From the NCBI GenBank assembly GCA_024679065.1, contig JAGIQG010000012.1:87234001-87298000 (forward strand): a DNA stretch of 64,000 bases, read 5' to 3'. The notes under the pieces are model-generated. The model had not been told where the DNA came from. It ran no database searches and saw only the letters and a program-made list of their open reading frames with translations. Every line of letters starts with the position of its first letter. The stretch's first letter is position 1. The stretch comes from Sphyrna mokarran. Its lineage: Eukaryota. Positions 28,801 to 43,800 of this stretch are shown in pieces. The translations under genes and the position numbers were made by a program.

Positions 28801-31800
28801 GTTCATTTCCCATCTCCTACATCATATTCCCTGAAATCCCTAATTCCCTGAATCCCATCATATCCACTGCTTTCCTCACCTTTTCCTCTCCATCCGCAGT
28901 CATATCCAGCACAAAGGAAGATTGTTGGAGGTCAATCATCTCAGCTCCAGGACATCACTGCAGGATTTCCTCAGGGAAGTGTCCTCGGCCCAACCATCTT
29001 CAGCTGCTTCATCAATGACCTTCCCTCCATCATAAGGTCAGGAGTGGGAATGTTCATTAATGATTGGACCATTCATTACTCCTCCATTACTGAAGAAGCC
29101 TGTTCCTGCACACAGCAAAACCTGGACAACATTCAGACTTGGGCTGTTATATGGAAGGTAACATTTCCCCACAGAAGTGCCAGGCAATGAACATTTCTAA
29201 CAACAGAGGATCTAACCATCACCCCTTGACATTCAATGGCATTTCCATCACTGAATCCCCCACTGTCAACATCCTGGGGGTTACCATTGACCAGAAACTG
29301 AACTGGGCCAGCCCTGTAAAAACTATGGTTACAAGAGCAGGTCAGAGACTGGGAAACTGCAGAGGGTAACTCACCTCCTGACTCCCCAAAGCCTGTCCAC
29401 CACCTACAAGGCACAAGTCAGGAATGTAATGGAATACTCTCCACTTGCCTGGATGAGTGCAGCTCCAATAACACTTAAGAAGCTTGACACCATCCAGAAC
29501 AAAGCCAAAGTGCTTGATGGGGACACCACCCATCACATTAAACATTCACTCCCACCACCATGGACACACAGTGACAGGCGTGTGTACCATCTACAAGATA
29601 CACTGCAGGAACTCACCAAGGCTCCTTTAACAGAACCTTCTAAATCTATAACCTCTACCATTTCTGCGCTCTGTGACTCTACAACTTGATGATTTTGACT
29701 CTAAAAGGACAAGGGCAGGAGGCACATGGGGAACATCATCACCTGGAGGCTTCTCTCCGAGTCACTCACAATCCTGACTTGGAAATATATCACCGTTCCT
29801 TCACTGTCTCTGGGTCAGAATCCTGGAATTTCCAATCCTGACTGCACTGTGAATGTACCTACACCACATGGGCTGTAACAGATCAAGAGGCTGTTTCACC
29901 ACCACCTTCTGAAGGGTAACTAGGGATGGACCCTAACCAGTAACACCCACCAAGAATGAATATAAAACAGAAACAGCTGGAGACAGCACTCTGACAAAAA
30001 GCTGAGTAAACAAAGGAGAGGGAGAAAGATTAGAAACAAACAGAAACAGAGAAACAGAGAAAATGTCAAAGAATTGAAGACTGAGAAATCAGGAGCGATG
30101 CACAATTTTTATTCTTTGACAAAAGTGCATGAGATCACCCAGTCTATTTTTCTAACGTGTTCCCTTTAACCCAGGGGTTTGTGATATTTCTCACACACTC
30201 ACTTCCCACACAGTTACAAGTGGTGATTCCTTCAGGCAGATATTTCTGTAAACTGGACTTACTGGTTACATTCAGCAGTGTCCCATTGCCACTGATATCT
30301 CCCCACACTGAGCAGTAATAGACGGCAGTGTCACTGGGCTGCACCATGGAGATTGTCAGAATGAAGCTGTTATTGGAGGTGTCTCTGGAAGACTGGAATC
30401 GCTCAGTGAAACCTGGGCTCCGGTGTATGTTATTCCCTGTATCCTGTGTTAAAACTCTCTCCCTATCTTTCCCAGGTAGCTCCCGGTACCAGTGAACATC
30501 AGTGTGTGTCACTGCGGCGTTCCTCAGGGTGCTCTGTAACCGTGCAGTCTGACCCTCTGTGACACGTTCCACACTCGGAGACTGGATAAGGACTGGAACA
30601 TTCGCACCTTTAAACAGAGGAAAAACAATTCAGTGAGTGACAGAAATCAGTGAGTGACAGAAATCAGTGAGTGACAGGAATCAGTGAGTGACAGAAATCA
30701 GTGAGTGACAGAAATCAGAGTGACAGATATCAGTGAGTGACAGAAATCAGTGAGTGACAGATATCAGTGAGTATCAGTGAGTGACAGAAATCAGAGTGAC
30801 AGATATCAGTGAGTTAAATTCTGAGCTGAAGCTTTCAAATTCCCGTGAGTATTTAAAGGGACAGTCCAGGCAGTAGAGTTTCTGTGTTAAAGTGAGAGGA
30901 TCTCTGTTCTCCTGAGGTTTTTGTGTAACAGTTTGTAAGACTGGTGTGGCTCATTACTGATTCACAGCAAACACAACACATTTGTGTGAGGAAATGAGTG
31001 AAAATATCTGGGATAAGGATAGGAGCTGGGATAGCAGGATCAGGATTTTCTGTCGTCAAAGCAGAAATAAGGAGGCACCTGGATACAAACTATTTGATCA
31101 AGCAGATGCAGCGTGGATTCGTTAAGAGGAAGTCGATTGGAGTTCTATGATGAATTTATTGGAGTTCTATGAGGAAGTGACTAGTGCGGTAGATAGACGG
31201 GAACCGGTGGATGTGGTGTTTTTGCATTTCCAAAAGGCACTTGATAAGGTGCCTTACAAAAGATTGCTGCAGAAGTTTAGGGTGCAGGGAATTGAGGGTG
31301 GGGTGTTAGACTGGATAGAGGATTGGTTGTCTAATAGGAAGCAGAGAGTAGGTATTAACGGGTGCTATTCTGATTGGCAGCTGGTGACTAGTGGAGTGCC
31401 CCAGGGATCGGTGCTGGGGCCGCAACTATTTACCATTTACATAGACGATCTGGAGGAAGGGGCTGAGTGCAGGGTGATGAAATTTGCTGATGACATGAAG
31501 ATGAGTGGAAAAGCAAATTGCGTGGAGGGTGTGGAAAGCCTGCAGAGGGATCTGGATAGGTTGAGTGAGTGGGCGTGAAACAGGCAGATAGAGTATAATG
31601 TTAGCAAGTGTGAGGTTATCCACTTTGGTAAGAATAATGGTAGGAAGGATTACTATTTAAATGGAGAAAAGCTGCAGCATGTGATGGTGCAGAGGGACCT
31701 GGGGGTCCTTGTGCACGAATCGCAAAAACACAGTATGCAGGTGCAGCAGGTGATTAAGAAGGTGAATGGAATGTTGGACTTTATAGCGAGGGGGATAGAA

Positions 31801-34800
31801 TATAAAAGTAGGGAGGTTCTGTTGCAGCTGTATAGGGGGCTGGTGAGGCCGCAGCTGGAGTACTGTGTGCAGTTTTGGTCACCGCATTCGAGGAAGGATA
31901 TATTGGCCTTGGAGGGGGTGCAGAGAAGGTTCACTAGGCTGATACCGGAGATGAGGGGTTTTGATTATGAGGAGAGATTGAATAGGCTGGGTTTGTACTC
32001 TTTGGAGTTTAGAAGGCTGAGAGGAGATCTTATAGAGACATATAAGATAATGAAGGGGATAGATAGGGTAGAGGTTGAGAGACTCTTCCCGCTTTGCAAA
32101 GATAGCAGGACTAGAGGGCACAGCCTCCATATTAGGGGCGGGTAGTGGTTCAGATCAGAGTTGCGGAGGAGTTTCTTCACACAAAGGGTGGTGAATCTTT
32201 GGAATTCTCTGCCTGATGAGGTGGTGGAGGCTTCCTCACTGAATATGTTCAAGTCAAGAATGGATAGGTTTTTAATTAACAAGGGAATTAAGAATTACAG
32301 GGAGAAAGTGGGAAAGTGGTACTGAACCACTACAGATCAGCCATGATCTTATTGAATGGTGGGGCAGCTCGAGGGGCTGGATGGCCGACTCCTGCTCCTA
32401 TTTCTTATGTTCTTATCAGTATACAGTGATGTGTGTCTGAATGGGGAACAGCTCCTATTACACTTCCCAATCTCAGCCTCTCCCTGTTCCTATTGTAACC
32501 CCAAAGCCCACACATCATCATAACCTCATCTCCAACTCACTCATCTGGAAGAGGTTATTGCTGTGGATTATTGGAATAAAACTCTACTTACTGGTTACAT
32601 TCAGCCGGCTTCCTTTCCCCCAGAGTGATGAATGCACTAAGCAGTAATAGACGGCAGTGTCACTGGGCTGCACCATGGTGATTGTCAGAATGAAGCTGTT
32701 ATTGGAGGTGTCTCTGGAAGACTGGAATCGCTCAGTGAAACCTGGTTTCCGGGTTATGATGTTCGATGGTTCATCTACTAAAACTCTCTCCCTATCTTTC
32801 CCAGGTAGCTCCTGGAACCAGGAAACAAGACTGTGTGTCACTGCGGCGTTCCTCAGGGTGCACTGTAACCGGGCAGTCTGACCCTCTGTGACACGTTCCA
32901 CACTCGGAGACTGGATAACGACTGGAACATTCGCACCTTTAAACAGAGGAAAAACAAATCAGTGAGTGACAGAAATCAGTGAGTGACAGAAATCAGCGAG
33001 TGTCAGAAATCAGTGAGTGACAGGAATCAGCGAGTCACAGAAATCAGCGAGTGACAGGAATCAGTGAGTCACAGAAATCAGCGAGTGACAGAAATCAGTG
33101 AGTCACAGAAATCAGCGAGTGACAGGAATCAGTGAGTCACAGAAATCAGCGAGTGACACGAATCAGTGAGTGACAGAAATCAGTGAGTGACGGAAATCAG
33201 TGAGTGACAGAAATCAGTGAGTTAAATTCTGAGCTGAAGGTTTCAAATTCCCGTGAGTATTTAAAGGGACAGTCCAGGCAGTAGAGTTTCTGTGTTAAAG
33301 GGAGGGAACAGTTTCTAAGATTGATCTTGCTGCGTTAGTTTGTTCCTGCTCTATATCCTGGGGGTTACACTGTGCTGTCCTCAGCAATGCAGATGTGTTG
33401 ATGTAACAGTGAAATACAATGTTGTCCTCACACTGTGGAACAGCTGTCTCAGAGAAAGCTACACATCCCAGATTTTGGGTGGGATTCTCTTATCCCACCT
33501 GTAGAGAGTTTAGTGACGTCAGGAGCAGAGAAAGGCTGAGGAAAGAACTGAGGAAAGGCTGCCTTTATGGGAAAGAGGCCATTTGGCCCATTGACACTGC
33601 ACTGACTCTCCAAAAGAGCATCTTATTCAGGTGCTATCCCTATACAAAAAACAATACAGCACAGGAAAAGCTCCTTTGGCCCTCCAAGCCTGCACCGCTC
33701 ATTGGTCCAACTGAACCAGTCATTTGTATACCCTCCATTTCCAGCGTGTCCACCTCCACCACCCTGCTTGGCAGTGCATTCCAGGTCCCCACCACCCTCT
33801 GTGTAAAATACATCCCTCTGATATCTGAGTTAAACCTTGCCCCCTCCAACCCCCTCACCTTGAACCTGTGACCCCTTGTGTTTGTCACCTTTGACCTGGG
33901 AAAAATCTTCCCACGGTTCACCCTATCCTCACCCCTCATAATTTTATACACTTTAATTAGGTCTCCCTTCATTCGCTGTCGTTCCAGGGAGAACAACCCC
34001 AGTTTACCCAATCTCTCCTCATAACTAAGACTCTCCATACCAGGCAGCATCCTGGTAAACCTTCTCTGCACTCTCTCCAAAGCCTCCACGTCCTTCTGGT
34101 AGTGCAGCAACCAGAACTGGACACAGTATTCCAAATGTGGTTTAACCAACATTCTATACAGCTGTAACATCAGATGCCAATTTTTATATTCTATACCTTG
34201 TCCTACAAAGGTAAGCATGTCATATGCCTTCTTTAACACCTTCTCCACTTGTAGTGCCATTTTCAAGGACTTGTGGACTTGCACACCCAGGTCCCTCCGT
34301 GTTGTCTGTACTTTTGATGGTTCTGCCATTTATTGTGTAGCTTCCCCTTCCTTACAATAATCCACCTGTAAGGGTCAGGTTCCCCCCTCCTTAGCTCTGG
34401 CTCCGCAACATTAATCTGCATCTCTTCCATGATTGCCTCGTTCTCCCTGACTAAAAATGCATCCTCCAATTGCCACTCTAGTTGCTTGGCCCGAGCCCTC
34501 AGACGCTGCAGCTCCAAACGCTTGAGGCATACGTGGACTTTTGGGAGAGATCTCGCCTCCAGGAACTCCCACATATGACACCATACGCAGGTGAGGCGTC
34601 TTCCCTTAATCCCTGCCATTGTCATGAACACCTTTGGAAGTGTGAATGTACTGGAAAACCAGTAGCACACTGTGCCTGAGCCTGCTCTCGCCTAAGCCCC
34701 CAAGCCAAAGCCCTTATATTTCACTCTGCTTCCCTACTCACTCCACTGCCCACTCCTGATGCTGCCCGCTGTCTACTGCCACTTTCTTTTTATACTCCCT

Positions 34801-37800
34801 GGTTCCCTTCCCAGCTAGCCCCACGCCTAACTACAGCAGCAAAAAGCACTCAAGAACAGAGAGAGAAAAAAAAGCAAATTGAAAAATTCACACTCAGCCA
34901 CCAGCACTTCCAAACACTCTGTCCCAGAGAACAATGAGCTACATTGGATTTGGGCCTGTGTCTGTGGGAGTTTGCGCATTCTCCCCGTGCTTGCGTGGGT
35001 TTTCTCTGGGTGCTCCGGTTTCCTCCCACATCCAAAGATGTGCTCTTAGGCTAATTGGCAAAACAAATTCTCCCTAAATTGTCTCAAATTTGGTTTTTAA
35101 TCCATAGATCTATAAACATAGACAGGGATCACGGGTTGAAGTGGGAACATCGAGGTGGTGGCGCAGGCTCGTTGGGCCGAAGGGCCTGTTTCCCATGCTG
35201 TTTTGTTCTTTGTTCTTTGCTCCCCCCTACATAAGCCTTACCAAAATGCATCACTTCGCATTTATCTGGATTAAATTTCATTTGCCATTTCTCTGCCCAA
35301 TTTTCCAGCCTATCTATATCCTGCTGTATTCTCTGACAATGTTCATCGCTATTTGTAAGTCCAGACACCTTCGTTTCATCCACAAACGTGCTGATCACAC
35401 CACTTACCCTTCTACTAAATCATTGAGATATATCACAAATAGCAGAGGTCCCTGTACAGAGCCCTGTGGAACACCACTGGTCACAGACTTCCAGCCGGAA
35501 ACAGACCCTTCCACTGCTACTCTCTGTCTTCTGTGGCCAAGCCAGTTCTCTACCCACCTACCCACCTCTCCTTTTATTCCATGAGATTTAACCTCATGCA
35601 CCAACCTGCCGTGAAGGACTTTGTCAAACGCTTTACTAAAATCCATATAGATGATATCCAAGGCCCTTCCCTCATCAACCGTTTTAGTCACCTCCTCAAA
35701 AAACTCCACCAAATTTGTGAGACATGACCTCTCTCTTACAAAACCATGCTGTCTATTGCTAATGAGATTGTTCTGTTCTAAATGTACATATATCCTATCT
35801 GTAAGAATCCTCTCCAACAATTTCCCTACCACAGATGTCAAGCTCACTGGCCTATAATTACTTGTGTTATCCTTGCTACCCTTCTTAAATAATGGGACCA
35901 CATTCACTATCCTCCAATTCTCAGAGACCTCAGCTGTATCCAATGAAGAGACAAAGATTTCTGTTAGAGGCCCAGCAATTTCATCTCTTGTCTCCCTGTG
36001 CTATTTAGGATAGATGCCATCAGGCTCTGGAGATTTGTCAGTTTTAATGTTCCCTCAAAAACCTAACACTTGCTTCCTTGTAATGGAGATTTACTCTAAT
36101 AGGTCAACACCTCCCTCTGAACCACTCCCAGTCAACACGTCCCTCTCCTTTGTGAATACTGATGCATTGAGGATCTCCGCTACTTCCTTGGGCTCTCGGC
36201 ATAATTCACCTTCTTTGTCCCTGAGAGGTCCAAATTTTTCCCTGACAACTCTTTTGTTCCAAACTTATAAATGAAATGCCTTAAGATTTTCCTCAATATT
36301 GCCTGCCAAGGACATTTCATGACCCCTTTTTGCCCTTTGAACTCCCCGTTTGAGTTCTTTCCTACTTTCTCTGTATTCCTCCAGTGCTCCGTCTGTTTTC
36401 AGTTGCCTGGTCCTAACGTACATCTCTCTTTCCTTTTTGATCAGACCCTCAATTTCCCTGGTTATCCACGATTCTCGAATCCTACCTTTCCTCTTCTTCC
36501 TTTTTACAGGCACATGCCTGTCCTGCAGCCCCATCAAGTGCTCCTTAAAAGACACATGCCAGATGTGGATTTACTCTCAAACAGCCTCTTCTAATCAACG
36601 GCCACGAATTCCTGCCTAATCCGGCTATAGTTAGCCTTTCCCCAATTTAGCACACTACCCGTAGGATGTNNNNNNNNNNNNNNNNNNNNNNNNNNNNNNN
36701 NNNNNNNNNNNNNNNNNNNNNNNNNNNNNNNNNNNNNNNNNNNNNNNNNNNNNNNNNNNNNNNNNNNNNTTAATAGAACATAGAACATAGAACAATACAG
36801 CACAGAACAGGCCCTTCGGCCTTCGATGTTGTGCCGACCAAAATAAAAAGCAATGCCCCTCCTAACTAAACCATTCCCTTCTCATCCATATACTTATCAA
36901 CTAACCTCTTAAACGCCACCAAACTTGGCGCATCTACAACAGCTGCAGGCAGGGCATTCCACTCCCTAATCACTCTTTGAGTAAAGAACCTACCTCTGAT
37001 ATCCGTCCTATAACTCATACCCCTTAATTTAAAGCTGTGTCCCCTCGTGCTAGCTTTCTCCATCCTAGGAAAAAGGCTATCACTGTCCACCCTATCTAAA
37101 CCTCTAATCATCTTATATGCTTCAATAAGATCCCCTCTTAGCCGCCTCCTTTCTAACGAAAACAACCTCAAATCCTTCAACCTCTCTTCATAGGACCTGC
37201 CCTCCATACCAGGCAACATCCTAGTAAACCTCCTCTGTACCCTCTCCACTGCCTCCACATCTTTCTTATAATGTGGCGACCAGAACTGCACACAATACTC
37301 CAAGTGCGGCCGCACTAGAGTTTTGTACAGCTGCAACATGATGCTGCGGCTCCTAAATTCAATCCCCCTACCAATAAAAGCTAAGACTCCATAAGCCTTC
37401 TTAACAACTTTATCCACTTGACTGCCTACTTTCAGGGATCTATTGACACATACACCAAGATCCTTCTGTTCCTCAACACTATTAAGAGCCCTACCATTAG
37501 CCCTATACTCTACACATTTATTGTTCCTGCCAAAGTGCATTACCTCACACTTTTCCACATTAAACTCCATTTGCCACCTCTCGGCCCAGCTCTGCAACTT
37601 GTCCAAGTCACTCTGTAAACTAAAACACCCCTCTTCACTATCTACACACCACCAACTTTAGTATCATCTGCAAATTTACTGATCCATCCCTCAATACCCT
37701 CATCCAGATCATTTATAAAAATTACAAACAGCAGGGGCCCCAAAACAGACCCCTGAGGCACACCACTCGTCACCGAACTCCACGATGAATATCTCCCATC

Positions 37801-40800
37801 AACCACCACCCTCTGTCTTCTATCTGCCAGCCAATTTCTAATCCAATTAGCTAAATCACCCTCTATTCCACACATCTGCATTTTCTGTAGAAGTCTTCCA
37901 TGGGCCACCTTATCAAAAGCCTTACTAAAGTCCATATATACTACATCAACCGCCTTACCCCCATCCACCTCTTTGGTCACTTTCTCAAAAAACTCAATGA
38001 GGTTAGTAAGGCATGACCTACCCTTCACGAAACCATGCTGACTATCCCCAATCAATTCATTTCTCTCTAAATAACTATAAATCCTATCCCTAATAATTCT
38101 CTCCAATACCTTGCCCACCACAGAAGTAAGACTCACTGGCCTATAATTCCCAGGAAGGTCTCTCTTCCCCTTCTTAAACAATGGGACCACATTCGCCATC
38201 CTCCAGTCCTCCGGAACCACACCCGTAACCAACGAGGACCTGAAGATCAGAGCCAGAGGCTCTGCAATCTCCTCTCTTGCCTCCCAGAGAATCCTAGGGT
38301 AAATCCCGTCCGGCCCAGGGGACTTATCCAACTTCAAACCCTCGAGAATATCTAGCACATCCTCCCTATCTACTTCAATACTTTCCAGTTTGCTACCCTG
38401 TACCTCAGTGTTCTCCATAACTACATTTACATCACCCTGCGTGAATACCGAAGAGAAATATTTATTCAGTGCCTCTCCAATCTCTTCAGGCTCCACGCAC
38501 AACTTCCCACTGCTGTCTATGACTGGCCCTAATCTTGCCCTAACCAATCTTCTATTCTTAACATATCTAAAGAAAGCTTTAGGATTCTCCTTAATCCTAT
38601 CAGCCAAAGTCTTCTCGTGTCCCCTCTTAGCTCTCCTCAATTCACTCTTTAGCTCCCTCCTGGCTAATCTATAGCTATCCATTGCACTAACCGAGCCTTC
38701 AAGCCTCATCCTGACATAAGCCTCCTTTTTCCTTTTAACCAGCAAATCAACTTTTTTCGTACACCAAGGTTCTCTTACTCGACCATTTCCTCCTTGCCTG
38801 ACAGGGACATACTTATCAAGGACTCGCAGCAGCTGCTCCTTGAATAAGCTCCACATTCCAGATGTTCCCAGTCCCTGTAGTTTCCTAGTCCAATCTATGC
38901 ACCCTAATTCTCTCCTGATGGCCTCATAATTACCCTTCCCCCAGCTATAACTACTGCCCCCAGCTTCATGCCTATCCCTGTCCATCACTAAGGTGAACGT
39001 AACCGAATTGTGGTCACTATCACCAAAATGTTCACTAACTTCCAAGCCTAACACCTGGTCTGGCTCATTGCCCAGCACCAAATCCAATGTAGCCTCACCT
39101 CTAGTTGGCCTATCTACATACTGAGTCAAAAAACCTTCCTGCACACTCTGTACGAAAACTGACCCCTCTAACGAGCTAGAGCTATAGCTATTCCAATCAA
39201 TATTAGCAAAGTTAAAGTCCCCCATCACAATTACCCTACTACTTTCACTCCTAATCAGAATTGACTTCGCAATCCTTTCCTCAACCTCTCTAGAACTATT
39301 AGGAGGTCTGTAAAAGACTCCCAACAGGGTGACCTCTCCTCTCCTGTTTCTAATCTCAGCCCATACTACCTCAACAGACAAGTCCTCATCAAACTTCTTT
39401 TCGATCACCGTGATACAGTCTTTGACCAGTAACGCCACTCCTCCCCCCCTTCTACCTCCTTCTCTACTCCGACTAAAGCATTTGTACCCCGGAACCTGCA
39501 ACATCCATTCCTGTCCCTGCTCTACCCAAGTCTCTGAAATGGCCACAACATCGAAGTTCCAGGTACTGGTCCAAGCTGCAAGTTCCTCCCCCTTATTGCG
39601 AATACTCCTTGCATTAAAGTATACGCATCTCAAACCATGCCCCACCCCACCCGTACGCCGCTGTGTTTTACAACTCTCCTCTATAACCCCCTTACTCTCA
39701 TCCCTCTCGGCACCCCAACTACTTAGGATCCCACCCCCCCCCCGAATCAGTTTAAAGCCCCCATCATAGCCTTAGCAAATTTTCCCCCCAAGATATTAGT
39801 CCCCCTCTGGTTCAGGTGTAGACCATCTCTCTTGAAGAGGTCCCACCTATCCCAGAATGAGTCCCAATTGTTAAGGAACCTGAACCCCTCCCTCCTGCAC
39901 CATCCACGCAGCCATGAGTTCAAACTATCCCTTTCTCTGTTCATCTCTAAACTATCTCTTGGCACAGGCAAGAGTCCAGAGATAACCACTCTGCCTGTTA
40001 TGGACCTAAGCTTCCACCCTAACTCCATAAATTTCTGAATTTATGGAGAAACCTTCTGAAGGGTAACTAGGGATGGACCCTAACCAGTAACACCCACCAA
40101 GAATGAATATAAAACAGAAACAGCTGGAGACAGCACTCTGACAAAAAGCTGAGTAAACAAAGGAGAGGGAGAAAGATTAGAAACAAACAGAAACAGAGAA
40201 ACAGAGAAAATGTCAAAGAATTGAAGACTGAGAAATCAGGAGCGATGCACAATTTTTATTCTTGGACAAAAGTGCATGAGATCACCCAGTCTATTTTTCT
40301 AACGTGTTCCCTTTAACCCAGGGGTTTGTGATATTTCTCACACACTCACTTCCCACACAGTTACAAGTGGTGATTCCTTCAGGCAGATATTTCTGTAAAC
40401 TGGACTTACTGGTTACATTCAGCAGTGTCCCCTTGTCACTGATATCTCCCCACACTGAGCAGTAATAGACGGCAGTGTCACTGGGCTGCACCATGGAGAT
40501 TGTCAGAATGAAGCTGTTATTGGAGGTGTCTCTGGAAGGCTGGAATCGCTCAGTGAAACCTGGGCTCCGGTGTATGTTATTCCCTGTATCCTGTGTTAAA
40601 ACTCTCTCCCTATCTTTCCCAGGTAGCTCCCGGTACCAGTGAACATCAGTGTGTGTCACTGCGGCGTTCCTCAGGGTGCTCTGTAACCGGGCAGTCTGAC
40701 CCTCTGTGACACGTTCCACAATCGGAGACTGGATAAGGACTGGAACATTCGCACCTTTAAACAGAGGAAAAACAAATCAGTGAGTGTCAGAAATCAGTGA

Positions 40801-43800
40801 GTGTCAGAAATCAGTGAGTGACAGGAATCAGTGAGTGACAGAAATCAGAGTGACAGAAATCAGTGAGTGACAGAAATCAGTGAGTGACAGAAATCAGAGT
40901 GACAGATATCAGTGAGTGACAGAAATCAGTGAGTGACAGATATCAGTGAATTAAATTCTGAGCTGAAGCTTTCAAATTCCCGTAAGTATTTAAAGGGACA
41001 GTCCAGGCAGTAGAGTTTCTGTGTTAAAGTGAGAGGATCTCTGTTCTCCTGAGGTTTTTGTGTAACAGTTTGTAAGACTGGTGTGGCTCATTACTGATTC
41101 ACAGCAAACACAACACATTTGTGTGAGGAAATGAGTGAAAATATCTGGGATAAGGATAGGAGCTGGGATAGCAGGATCAGGATTTTCTGTCGCCAAAGCA
41201 GAAATAAGGAAGCACCTGGATACAAACTGTTTGATCAAGCAGACGCAGCGTGGATTCGTTAAGAGGAAGTCGATTGGAGTTCTATGATGAATTTATTGGA
41301 GTTCTATGAGGAAGTGACTGGTGCGGTAGATAGACGGGAACCGGTGGATGTGGTGTTTTTGCATTTCCAAAAGGCACTTGATAAGGTGCCTTACAAAAGA
41401 TTGCTGCAGAAGTTTAGGGTGCAGGGAATTGAGGGTAGGGTGTTAGACTGGATAGAGGATCAGTTGTCTAATAGAAAGCAGAGAGTAGGTATTAATGGGT
41501 GCTATTCTGATTGGCAGCTGGTGACTAGTGGAGTGCCCCAAGGATCGGTGCTGGGGCCTCAACTATTTACCATTTACATAGATGATCTGGAGGAAGGGGC
41601 TGAGTGCAGGGTGACGAAATTTGCTGATGACACGAAGATGAGTGGAAAAGCAAATTGCGTGGAGGGTGTGGAAAGCCTGCAGAGGGATCTGGATAGGTTG
41701 AGTGAGTGGGCGAGGACCTGGCAGATGGAGTATAATGTTAGCAAGTGTGAGGTTATCCACTTTGGTAGAAATAATGGTGGGAAGGATTACTATTTAAATG
41801 GAGAAAAGCTGCAGCATGTGATGGTGCAGAGGGACCTGGGGGTCCTTGTGCACAAATCGCAAAAACACAGTCTGCAGGTGCAGCAGGTGATTAAGAAGGT
41901 GAATGGAATGTTGGTCTTTATAGCGAGGGGGATAGAATATAACAGTAGGGAGGTTCTGTTGCAGCTGTATAGGGTACTGGTGAGGCCACAGCTGGAGTAC
42001 TGTGTGCAGTTTTGGTCGCCACATTCGAGGAAGGATATATTGGCCTTGGAGGGGGTGCAGAGAAGGTTCACTAGGCTGATACCGGAGATGAGGGGGTTTG
42101 ATTATGAGGAGAGACTGAATAGGCTGGGTTTGTACTCTTTGGAGTTTAGAAGGTTGAGAGGAGATCTTATAGAGACATATAAGATAATGAAGGGGATAGA
42201 TAGGGTAGAGGTTGAGAGACTCTTCCCGCTTTGCAAAGATAGCAGGACTAGAGGGCACAGCCTCAAGATTAGGGGCGGGTAGTGGTTCAGATCAGAGTTG
42301 CGGAGGAGTTTCTCCACACAAAGGGTGGTGAATCTTTGGAATTCTCTGCCTGATGAGGTGGTGGAGGCTTCCTCACTGAATATGTTCAAGTCAAGAGTGG
42401 ATAGGTTTTTAATTAACAAGGGAATTAAGAATTACAGGGAGAAAGTGGGAAAGTGGTACTGAACCACTACAGATCAGCCATGATCTTATTGAATGGTGGG
42501 GCAGCTCGAGGGGCTGGATGGCCAACTCCTGCTCCTATTTCTTATGTTCTTATCAGTATACAGTGATGTGTGTCTGAATGGGGAACATCTCCTATTACAC
42601 TTCCCAATCTCGGCCTCTCCCTGTTCCCATGGTAACCCCAAAGCCCACACATCATCATAACCTCATCTCCAACTCACTCATCTGGAAGAGGTTATTGCTG
42701 TGGATTATTGGAATAAAACTCTACTTACTGGTTACATTCAGCCGGCTTCCTTTCCCCCAGAGTGATGAATGCACTAAGCAGTAATAGACGGCAGTGTCAC
42801 TGGGCTGCACCATGGTGATTGTCAGAATGAAGCTGTTATTGGAGGTGTCTCTGGAAGATTGGAATCGCTTAGTGAAACCTGGTTTCCGGGTTATGATGTT
42901 CGATGGTTCATCTACTAAAACTCTCTCCGTATCTTTCCCAGGTAGCTCCTGGAACCAGGAAACAAGACTGTGTGTCACTGCGGCGTTCCTCAGGGTGCAC
43001 TGTAACCGGGCAGTCTGACCCTCTGTGACATGTTCCACACTCGGAGACTGGATAAGGACTGGAACATTCGCACCTTTAAACAGAGGAAAAACAAATCAGT
43101 GAGTGACAGAAATCAGTGAGTGACAGAAATCAGCGAGTGACAGAAATCAGAGTGACAGAAATCAGTGACAGAAATCAGTGAGTGACAGAAATCAGTGAAT
43201 ATCAGAAATCAGACTGACAGAAATCAGTGAGTGACAGAAATCAGTGAATGACAGAAATCAGTGAGTGACAGAAATCAGTGAGTTAAATTCTGAGCTGAAG
43301 CTTTCAAATTCCCGTGAGTATTTAAAGGGACAGTCCAGGCAGTAGAGTTTCTGTGTTAAAGTGAGAGGGTCTCTGTTCTCCTGAGGTTTTTGTGTAACAG
43401 GTTGTAAGACTGGTGTGGCTTATTACAGATTCACAGCAAACACAACACATTTGTGTGAGGAAATAAGTGAAAATATCTGGGATAAGGATAGGAGCTGGGA
43501 TAGCAGGATCAGTGTAGAGTGATGTGTGTCTGAATGGGGAACAGCTCCTATTACACTTCCCAATCTCAGCCTCTCCCTGTTCCCATTGTAACCCCAAAGC
43601 CCACACATCATCACAACCTCATCTCCAACTCACTCATCTGGAAGAGGTTATTGCTGTGGATTATTGGAGTAAAACTCTACTTACTGGTTACATTCAGCCG
43701 GCTTCCTTTCCCCCAGACTGATCCCCGCACTGAGCAGTAATAGACGGCAGTGTCACTGGGCTGCACCATGGAGATTGTCAGAATGAAGCTGTTATTGGAG

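Noticed and set aside
30631-30813. CRISPR-like appearance of the 17-bp arrays
   Set aside because: Head-to-tail repeats without unique spacers, in vertebrate DNA.
30916-30924. Perfect RSS nonamer GGTTTTTGT (also 41053-41061 and 43385-43393) near V exons
   Set aside because: No CACTGTG-like heptamer at 12 or 23 nt spacing, about 300 bp from any coding end, and the V exons already contain the J strand.
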